This document shows, piece by piece, positions 1 to 6,053 of a stretch of DNA of 12,317 nt; positions within the stretch are counted from its first letter, which is position 1, and the number at the start of each line of letters is the position of its first letter. This DNA is from Promethearchaeota archaeon (lineage in GTDB: Archaea; Asgardarchaeota; Thorarchaeia; Thorarchaeales; Thorarchaeaceae): the NCBI GenBank assembly GCA_048939765.1, contig JBHLPF010000065.1, forward strand, positions 1 to 12,317. The letters are read 5' to 3'. The position numbers were made by a program, and so were the translations under genes. Under the pieces are notes generated by a model. The model saw only the letters and a list, made by a program, of their open reading frames with translations. It did not search any database and was not told where the DNA came from.

Positions 1-32
1 ACCTTTGGGGTCCAAACGGGGTTGTTTGAGAC

Positions 33-695
33 TTGGAGCACCGCATCATTGACGACACGCACATGGAGACAGATACAGCCCACGATGTTCAGCACATCAT
101 CGTTTCGTTGTTGGAAAGCGGGCTCTCGATTTACTACAAGTCATTTGTCGCTGGCGAGATTGACCCTGACCTCTTCAGTGCGCTTCTCACAGCCTATTCT
201 TTTGTTGAAGAGCTTCATGGTGGTCAGGGTCTAAACGCTGATCACGAAACATACACGGTGGATGAACATGTGGCTCACATCTGCTATGGGGAATATTTGG
301 CAGGTATAGCCGTCGCGAGGGGAGATATTGAAGACCAATTCATGGTCAAGCTCAAGAATTTCATTACGGCCTACGAGAATGAATATGGCTTTCTTTTGAC
401 AACTTGGGACGGCGACCGCTCATTCTTCGATCATGAGTGGGCAGATATACAACTGAGAGAATACATCAACCCAAAGGAAACCAAATACAGACTTCACGAG
501 CGTCCCTTGAGTCTTTCATCGAACGCTCGGCAGTTTCGCCTGATACTTCTTGTCCGCAGATTTGTTGGATCAGACTCTTTCAGTCCTACTACACTCAAAG
601 AGCTACTCATGAGGGAACTTGATGTCACTGAATATGCCGCTAATGATTTTCTGACCATGCTAGAAACTAAAGGAATTATCCTGAGAGTATCATAG
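33..695 (+). CDS. Longin-like domain protein with a C-terminal winged-helix-like domain (Asgard-type)
   Basis: 220-aa ORF (TTG 33; alternative ATG 63). SGLSIYYKSF..IDPDLFSALLTA..FVEEL and FITAYENEY....WDGD...F resemble Asgard longin/roadblock-like domains. The C-terminal FSPTTLKELL..ELDVTEYAANDFLTMLETKGII resembles a winged helix. Confidence 0.65.
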   Translation: MEHRIIDDTHMETDTAHDVQHIIVSLLESGLSIYYKSFVAGEIDPDLFSALLTAYSFVEELHGGQGLNADHETYTVDEHVAHICYGEYLAGIAVARGDIEDQFMVKLKNFITAYENEYGFLLTTWDGDRSFFDHEWADIQLREYINPKETKYRLHERPLSLSSNARQFRLILLVRRFVGSDSFSPTTLKELLMRELDVTEYAANDFLTMLETKGIILRVS

Positions 696-765
696 CATTT
701 GCATCTGATACCAGAGACCATTGCCAAATTCATATAGAGCTATTGGATAATTGACCCGCCTAGAT

Positions 766-793
766 TGAGAAAAGAAGGGAGAGGCCTTTGGCC
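766..793 (-). terminator. Possible terminator of the EB_dh-like gene
   Basis: Directly after the stop on the minus strand: GGCCAAAGGCC mini-hairpin followed by the pyrimidine tract TCTCCCTTCTTTTCTC, in a convergent intergenic gap. Confidence 0.35.
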
Positions 794-1924
794 TTACCTC
801 CCTTTTCTGACAAATACCACAATTAGAAGTATGATTACAATCCCACCCAAAGTGGCTGCGATCAAAAGCGTTTGATCTGTTGGGGGTGGAGGAGGCGGGG
901 TTGTACTTGGTGAAGTTGCGGTAGTTGTAGATGTGGTAGTTTCAGCTGGGAATGCTAGAGTGTAAGTCGTAGGAGTAGCTCCTCCCGCCCTGAAGTGTGC
1001 TTCATCTCCGGAGTTATTGTGGATTGCAACAAAGAATGGCTGCTGACTCCCATCAAAAGCGACATCGTCGGCAGAGTTTCCAGTATCAAGAGCTCTCTTG
1101 AACTCCACATGCCAAGCCGTTCCATTGTGAGTTGAACTCGATAGAACGTCTCCTCTGCTACCTGTAGGAATAGTCGAGTTGTAGCCGTGGATATAGTCGC
1201 CGATTGGAGTTGAATTAGCACCGTTCGTCCAAGAGATCACAGCTCCTAAGTTATCCCAATAGGGGCGGTCATCATTACTGAACGCAACAACAGAAGAGCT
1301 GTTTCCAAGTGCAGCTGTTATAGCTGCAGGACTTGCAGCTTGAATCACGACCGAGTTTTCCAGATAGCCACCTGCCGTTTTTGCATCGCCATGTCTCCCC
1401 GAACCGTCCCAGAACTTATCATCAGTCCAACCAGCAAGGGCGGTCCGCGCAGCCTTCCAATGCCACACATCGAACAGCATGCTATCCGCTGTACTGGGAT
1501 TATGACCACAAACAATCGCAGTTCCTAATCCCCACGCAATAGTAATGCGGTCCTCATTGCCTCCAACATTTTCCCAATCTGTGCCATTGAACGCCCACCC
1601 TCTGCGTGTATCGTCTTTCGTTGAGTCATTCCATGTGGCATAGACATATACATAGTTTTGATCCGCAAGGGCTTTCAACGTAACTTCAATTCCAGATCCT
1701 TCAATGTCAGGAATGATGAGCGTGTCAGCCATGTCCCATGCTGCCTCTGAGGCATTACCATCCAGAGTGATAGAGTCTGTTGTTTCATAAACCATTAGGG
1801 TCGTTCCGTCTGGCAGAGCGACAATGCTATTTATCGCAAAGAACGCCGCTAGGAAGAATCCAAGAATGGCTAGACCAGCATATAGGTTCCTTGATTTCAA
1901 AAGCTTAAACCCCTTCCAATTCAT
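794..1924 (-). CDS. Secreted, C-terminally membrane-anchored ethylbenzene-dehydrogenase-gamma-like (EB_dh / DOMON heme-b-binding) protein
   Basis: N-terminal signal/TM (LYAGLAILGFFLAAFFAINSIVA). DOMON/EB_dh motifs ITLDG..SE.AW, YVYATWND, NEDR, DVWHWKAART, DD, GRHGD, GSRGDV, W.VEFKRALDTG..DDV.F and FFVAIH....H. Thr/Pro linker, C-terminal TM and RKGR tail. Start uncertain: ATG 1924, or TTG 1900 after GGAAGGGG; the ORF-track TTG 1954 is less likely. Confidence 0.8.
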   Translation of the reverse strand: MNWKGFKLLKSRNLYAGLAILGFFLAAFFAINSIVALPDGTTLMVYETTDSITLDGNASEAAWDMADTLIIPDIEGSGIEVTLKALADQNYVYVYATWNDSTKDDTRRGWAFNGTDWENVGGNEDRITIAWGLGTAIVCGHNPSTADSMLFDVWHWKAARTALAGWTDDKFWDGSGRHGDAKTAGGYLENSVVIQAASPAAITAALGNSSSVVAFSNDDRPYWDNLGAVISWTNGANSTPIGDYIHGYNSTIPTGSRGDVLSSSTHNGTAWHVEFKRALDTGNSADDVAFDGSQQPFFVAIHNNSGDEAHFRAGGATPTTYTLAFPAETTTSTTTATSPSTTPPPPPPTDQTLLIAATLGGIVIILLIVVFVRKGR

Positions 1925-1965
1925 GCAAATGCTGATTATCAGCTTCTTTGGCAAGAGGAGAGAAA

Positions 1966-1998
1966 CTAGTTAAGCATCTATCAAAGGTTTACTATAGT
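1966..1998 (-). promoter_or_regulatory. Promoter module copy 1: ACTATA-N7-TTTGATAG site plus TATA-like TTAACTAG, upstream of the EB_dh-like gene
   Basis: 22/33 ungapped identity with 2221-2253. Quasi-palindromic CTAT-N12-ATAG, 4 bp upstream of a TATA-like box. Confidence 0.55.
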
Positions 1999-2060
1999 TC
2001 CAGATGAGCTATACTGAAGCTACTGGATAGATATGCACAAGGAGAGTTGTTTTAGATGGC

Positions 2061-2090
2061 GGGAGAGGTCAGTTTGAATCTGACCCTCCC
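2061..2090. other. Strong GC-rich hairpin (terminator-like or the 3' stem of a small RNA)
   Basis: GGGAG-A-GGTCAG tttgaat CTGACC-CTCCC: 11 bp with one bulge and a 7-nt loop. No clear U-tract follows on either strand. Confidence 0.6.
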
Positions 2091-2220
2091 AATATGGTAT
2101 ACTATTTCTCTGTAGGAGTTGGAAATCGCATGAAGTGACCTGTAACCTTTGCGTGCTCGGTCCGGGAACCGATTCAATCACAGGAAAACTCTGATTACCA
2201 TGAAGGCATGGGTGAACGAG

Positions 2221-2253
2221 CTAAATAAAGGACTATCAAAAATCTGGTATAGT
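2221..2253 (-). promoter_or_regulatory. Promoter module copy 2: ACTATA-N7-TTTGATAG site plus TATA-like TTTATTTA
   Basis: Same motifs and spacing as 1966-1998. Predicted transcription start ~2199-2201, with no sizeable ORF downstream. Confidence 0.5.
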
Positions 2254-2316
2254 ATCAAAGTGGATATAGCTCGTCCTTTTACTGGAAATGAGATTGATTG
2301 TCGAAGTCAGTGTTCC

Positions 2317-3180
2317 TTATGAATTGCTTCCAGAGCCTGTCAGTACTGTGATATGCACCACTCTCTCTTCCTTGACCTTCTTGAAATGTTCCCTCAATGC
2401 GGTCTTCAACATACTTCCATTCAAATGGTCATCGCCAGCAGTGGGCGGATGCTCACGCATCTCAATGAATTCCCCTATCCCAAGCGGATCCTTGTAGTCG
2501 GCGATGAGTGCTGATGGCGTCACCACCGCGACCCTACCCTTAGGATGTAACACTCTTCGCCATTCAGTCAAGCACGCATCTAGGCACTCCTTCCTAATGT
2601 TTCCAGTAGCCATTAGAAGGTCGAGATAGTCGTCTTTCGTTGGGATGTCCTCCAGGGTTCCATCCAGAGTCAGAATATCGTCAATATCAAGGTCAGTGGT
2701 TGCTGTCTTGGGACAGAAGACGTAGATATTCGCTCTCGGGCGATTCTCTTTGAGTTTTTGCAGTAATCGTTTCATTGAGCTGGAAATCGTTGGTACTGCA
2801 TAGCCAATATTGATTTCCTCTCCTATCCCCTTGGTAAGGAGCTCAGCTATTCTATTGAAGGCGCTGAGGCCTGGTGGCAAATCCAAGAGGTATTCTATAT
2901 AGAAGTCATGAACCGTTCTTATCGCGTCCATGAGAATCATCTCTCTTTCCTTTCCACCTTTGGGAGAGATACAGTATACTCTGCGTTTGGGACCTGTTTT
3001 GCTCTTCTCCCAAGCATCATGAAGCAGTCCATCTGATTTCATTTCACCGAGTATCGAATAGAGGCGACCAATTCCCACCTTGATGCCTTTTTCACTGAGC
3101 CTCTGATGAATCTCGTATCCATAGAAATTGCGTGTCCCCGCCATTCTGAGAATGGTCTTCCGGAGTTCAGGTGTTCTCAT
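2317..3180 (-). CDS. PadR-family transcriptional regulator fused to a degenerate class I methyltransferase-like domain
   Basis: N-terminal PadR winged helix: YGYEIHQRL, GRLYSIL..M..DGLL...WE....GPKRRVYCISPKG. The C-terminal part has DGTLEDIP..DDYLDLL and LTEWRRVLHPKGRVAV, typical of methyltransferase type 11. ATG 3180 is preceded by GGTGGAGG; alternative GTG 3198. Confidence 0.85.
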   Translation of the reverse strand: MRTPELRKTILRMAGTRNFYGYEIHQRLSEKGIKVGIGRLYSILGEMKSDGLLHDAWEKSKTGPKRRVYCISPKGGKEREMILMDAIRTVHDFYIEYLLDLPPGLSAFNRIAELLTKGIGEEINIGYAVPTISSSMKRLLQKLKENRPRANIYVFCPKTATTDLDIDDILTLDGTLEDIPTKDDYLDLLMATGNIRKECLDACLTEWRRVLHPKGRVAVVTPSALIADYKDPLGIGEFIEMREHPPTAGDDHLNGSMLKTALREHFKKVKEERVVHITVLTGSGSNS

Positions 3181-3233
3181 TTCAGGTGCGTCCTCCACCT
3201 ACTTATTACAGTGTGGTTTATTCTGGCACTCGC

Positions 3234-3252
3234 ATGTTTCAATATGAAACAT
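3234..3252. promoter_or_regulatory. Putative autoregulatory operator of the PadR gene
   Basis: Perfect 8-3-8 palindrome ATGTTTCA-ATA-TGAAACAT, just downstream (minus strand) of AT-rich AATAATTA (3264-3257). Confidence 0.65.
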
Positions 3253-3534
3253 AGCCTAATTATTGATTCCGATTCCTATTTGCCGGATCTTTTCAGGCGG
3301 CTAATGGATTTATGGCCCAAATAATGGACTAAGCCAAGAAATCGAACTGTGGTCTTTCTGGAGAGCTCTTCATGGACTCTTCATCGAATCTAGAATATAG
3401 GATGCTATCAGTCTCCTTGCACTGCGCTCCTGGTAGTTTATGCCTGCTGGCTTCTCTAAGAGGCAAGAGTTGTAATAATGGGGTACCACAAAAGGCTTTT
3501 TTCAGCAGTCAGTTGCTGAGAGTGGTGAGGAACC

Positions 3535-5202
3535 ATGAAAATCGCTATGGCTCAGATCAATCCTACAGTGGGCGACTTCTCGGGCAATACTGCCAAGATC
3601 CTTGAGTTTCTCTCTAAGGCCAAAGAACAGGATGCAGATGTCGTTGCCTTTCCTGAGATGGCGGTGGCTGGCTACCCTCCGCAAGACCTTCTCTTGGAAG
3701 GATCTTTTCTGGAAGCAAACCGAGCAGCTCTCAATGAAATTGTGAAGAAGACTAAGGGGATTATAGCCGTAGTGGGATTCGTGGACTATGACGATGAGGA
3801 TCTCTTCAATTCCGCGGCAGTAATTCAAAATGGTTCCATATTGAAAATCATCCATAAGACGCTCCTTCCCACTTACGACGTGTTTGATGAAGCCAGATAC
3901 TTCACACCATTAGAGCCTGAGCGGATTCAACCAGTTTCACTCAAGATTGGACGCCAAGAGGTTAAACTCGGTGTGCAGATTTGCGAAGACCTCTGGGACG
4001 ATGAATACGACATTAAGGTGACAAGTAGTCTTGTGGAACGTGGAGCTCAATTGATTCTCAACATCTCGGCTTCGCCTTTCTATACTGCAAAATGTTTCAA
4101 GAGGGAGGAAGAGGTTCGAGATAGAGCCGTGGCTAACAAGGTCCCTATCTTTCTCACCAATATGATAGGGGGGCAGGACGAGCTGGTGTTCTCTGGACAG
4201 AGCGTGGCGATAGATGCTGATGGCACAGTCATTGCCAGAGGCGCTGACTTTGAAGAAGATCTGGTTATAACTGAACTCGATCCTGATACAATGACTGCGC
4301 CAGAGGTTCCCTCGCCTGACTATGACAGATATAGAGAGATGTTCAGTGCTCTTGTCTTGGGCCTTCGAGACTACTTCAAGAAGACTGGTTTTCAGAGAGC
4401 AGTACTTGGTCTCAGTGGCGGCATAGACTCATCCTTGACAGCATGTATAGCTTCTGAGGCATTGGGTCCGAAGAACATAATCGGGGTTAGTATGCCATCA
4501 AAGTTCTCAAGCGACCATAGTGAGTCCGATGCAGATGTCTTGGCAAGAAATCTTGGTATCCATTTCGTGAAATCCTCAATACAATCAATCATTGACGAAT
4601 TTCATGCCTCCACAGAGGCCCTGCTTGTCAATTTGCGAACTCTTCATCATGCAAAGCCAGAAGATGATGATACAGTGGCTGATGAGAACATTCAGCCAAG
4701 AGTCAGAAGCAATATCCTCATGGACATTTCTAACCGATTTAGAGAACTTCACATTCTTGTGCTCAACACAGGCAATAAGACAGAGCTTGCCCTTGGCTAT
4801 TGCACTCTGTATGGTGACATGACGGGAGGTGTTGGGGTTATTGGCGATGTTAGCAAGCTTGAGGTCTACGCCTTGGCGAAGTGGTACAACAAGATGATAG
4901 GAAGACAAGTGATTCCCAAAGGCTCGATTGAGAAGAAACCATCTGCAGAGCTCAAGCCGGATCAATTTGATCCATTTGATTTTGATATTGTCAGTCCCCT
5001 GGTTGACGATATTATTGAGGATCGCAAGAGCCGGTCTGAGCTGGTTGAGATGGGCTATCCCTCGGAAGTAGTAAATGATGTCTATGGCAGAGTTCGTCGG
5101 GCAGAGTACAAACGCTGGCAGGCGCCTCCTTGCATCAAAATCACGCAGAAGGCTTTTGGCGTTGGTTGGAAGATGCCTATTGTCAATAAGCATCAAGGAT
5201 GA
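3535..5202 (+). CDS. nadE: Glutamine-dependent NAD(+) synthetase (CN-hydrolase/glutaminase domain plus synthetase domain)
   Basis: MKIAMAQIN start. Glutaminase triad in FPEM (E), HKTLLPTYDVFDE (K) and QICEDLW (C). ATP-binding LGLSGGIDS, ENIQPRVR, NTGNKTE..GYCTLYGD, PSAEL and EYKR.QAP. RBS GGTGAGG at 3524-3530. Confidence 0.97.
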   Translation: MKIAMAQINPTVGDFSGNTAKILEFLSKAKEQDADVVAFPEMAVAGYPPQDLLLEGSFLEANRAALNEIVKKTKGIIAVVGFVDYDDEDLFNSAAVIQNGSILKIIHKTLLPTYDVFDEARYFTPLEPERIQPVSLKIGRQEVKLGVQICEDLWDDEYDIKVTSSLVERGAQLILNISASPFYTAKCFKREEEVRDRAVANKVPIFLTNMIGGQDELVFSGQSVAIDADGTVIARGADFEEDLVITELDPDTMTAPEVPSPDYDRYREMFSALVLGLRDYFKKTGFQRAVLGLSGGIDSSLTACIASEALGPKNIIGVSMPSKFSSDHSESDADVLARNLGIHFVKSSIQSIIDEFHASTEALLVNLRTLHHAKPEDDDTVADENIQPRVRSNILMDISNRFRELHILVLNTGNKTELALGYCTLYGDMTGGVGVIGDVSKLEVYALAKWYNKMIGRQVIPKGSIEKKPSAELKPDQFDPFDFDIVSPLVDDIIEDRKSRSELVEMGYPSEVVNDVYGRVRRAEYKRWQAPPCIKITQKAFGVGWKMPIVNKHQG

Positions 5203-5267
5203 TTCAGTCATCTATGATCGCAGGATGGCTCGCTCCGTTGTCAAGGAAGAAGTCTGACAAGTAGAAG

Positions 5268-5393
5268 TTGTGTGGTGACCAGCGCCAACAAGGCTTAGGC
5301 CTTTTCCGAAGAGAAGGCCACTGGTAGGAGGGGGGGAGTTATGAGGGCATGTTACAGAATATAGGCCCTGTTAGCCGCCTGCTCACCACACAA
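5268..5393 (-). ncRNA. Candidate unidentified structured small RNA (~125 nt)
   Basis: Arms 5362-5393 and 5268-5297 form a ~28-bp stem, with the outer 11 bp perfect. Hairpin 5298-5319 reads GGCCUUCUC-UUCG-GAAAAGGCC on the minus strand. Two stem mismatches become G-U wobbles on the minus strand. TATA-like TTATTAGG starts at 5420, 29 nt before G5391. Confidence 0.6.
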
Positions 5394-5397
5394 GTTG

Positions 5398-5421
5398 TGT
5401 AGTGCACTACATCCTAATAAG
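5398..5421 (-). promoter_or_regulatory. Putative promoter (CTTATTAG) and 14-bp palindromic operator of the candidate small RNA
   Basis: Perfect palindrome TGTAGTGCACTACA at 5398-5411, between the TATA-like box (5421-5414) and the predicted start (~5391). Confidence 0.5.
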
Positions 5422-5472
5422 AACTACTCTCAGAATTCGTAAGCTGGCGCCTATTATGGGCTGAAAATTGAT

Positions 5473-5508
5473 GTTATGCCATAACGGTCAAATCACAATC
5501 CTATAAAG
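5473..5508 (+). promoter_or_regulatory. Promoter of the OsmC-family gene: palindrome plus TATA box
   Basis: GTTATG-C-CATAAC (5473-5485), then CTATAAAG (5501-5508) and RBS GAGGT (5530-5534) before ATG 5542. Confidence 0.55.
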
Positions 5509-5541
5509 GGCCTCTCGTTCCGGTCACATGAGGTCCGCTCA

Positions 5542-6000
5542 ATGACAGAAGAACATCGATACGAACTCGATAGCAACTGGATCCGTGAGAAGATCGTCAC
5601 TGTTGAGATTGAGGGTAAACCAACATTTGAAGTAGCCACCCCGCCTGATTTCTGGCCTGAATCTCCAAGAGAACTCATTTCACCCGAAGAGCTCTTCCTA
5701 GCGTCTGCCGTATCGTGTTATGGAGTTAGCCTCTCCGGCGTCGCAAAACGGTTCCATGCTGAGTTCTCTGAATTCTCAGTCAAGAGTGAAGCAACTCTGG
5801 CTAAAGGTGAGTCTGGATACGAATTTGACCAGATAACCATGGTAGCCAATATAGTTGTCCCAACCGAGCAGGATCGCAAAAGGATGGAAAAAGCGGCTCA
5901 AAGAGCTCACACATACTGCCTAGTAGCCAACTCGATGAAGTGTCCTGTCCATCTCAAAGTTGAGATAGTCGTTCCTGAGGCTCCTATTGCGCCCCATTAA
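5542..6000 (+). CDS. OsmC/Ohr-family peroxiredoxin-like protein
   Basis: TPPDF, SPEELFLASAVSCY (first Cys) and AHTYCLVANSM (second Cys); 152 aa. Confidence 0.9.
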   Translation: MTEEHRYELDSNWIREKIVTVEIEGKPTFEVATPPDFWPESPRELISPEELFLASAVSCYGVSLSGVAKRFHAEFSEFSVKSEATLAKGESGYEFDQITMVANIVVPTEQDRKRMEKAAQRAHTYCLVANSMKCPVHLKVEIVVPEAPIAPH

Positions 6001-6053
6001 TAGTCCGTTCAAGGATACCAAACTGGAATATGGACTCATTCTTGAGCGACTAC

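Noticed and set aside
880-940. Low-complexity GTA/GTT/GGA repeats
   Set aside because: Explained by the Thr/Pro linker codons of the EB_dh-like protein.
2057-2090. tRNA 3'-end resemblance (UUCAAA loop and ...CCCGCCA on the minus strand)
   Set aside because: The stem is a local 11-bp hairpin. No acceptor 5' strand, D-arm or anticodon arm can be built upstream.
2135-2178. c-di-GMP-I riboswitch resemblance (hairpin followed by ACGCAAAG on the minus strand)
   Set aside because: Lacks the GCAAA 5' junction, the GNRA tetraloop and its receptor, and a matching P1/P3.
2052-2201. Possible selenoprotein: ATG 2201, in-frame TGA at codon 8, then 41 open codons to TAA
   Set aside because: No redox-motif context (no CxxU/UxxC), no recognisable family and no convincing SECIS downstream. 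An open stretch this short arises easily by chance.
2216-2279. Alternative inverted repeats ACGAGCTA/TAGCTCGT and AAAGGAC/GTCCTTT
   Set aside because: Short (7-8 bp) with ~40-nt spacers, and they overlap the promoter module. They may be PadR 3'-UTR structure but are not distinguishable from chance.
4585-5211. 208-aa antisense ORF, and other overlapping ORFs in the track such as 10005-10562, 7623-8066 and 11815-12192
   Set aside because: Shadow frames of well-supported genes, with no recognisable motifs.
5341-5364. Plus-strand micro-ORF MRACYRI after a G-rich SD-like run
   Set aside because: Only 7 codons. The structural evidence favours the opposite strand.
5268-5393. 5S rRNA or H/ACA guide identity for the structured element
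   Set aside because: The length fits 5S, but the conserved CCGAAC loop C and the loop E/helix layout are missing. No K-turn or pseudouridylation pocket is present, and the ACA is base-paired.
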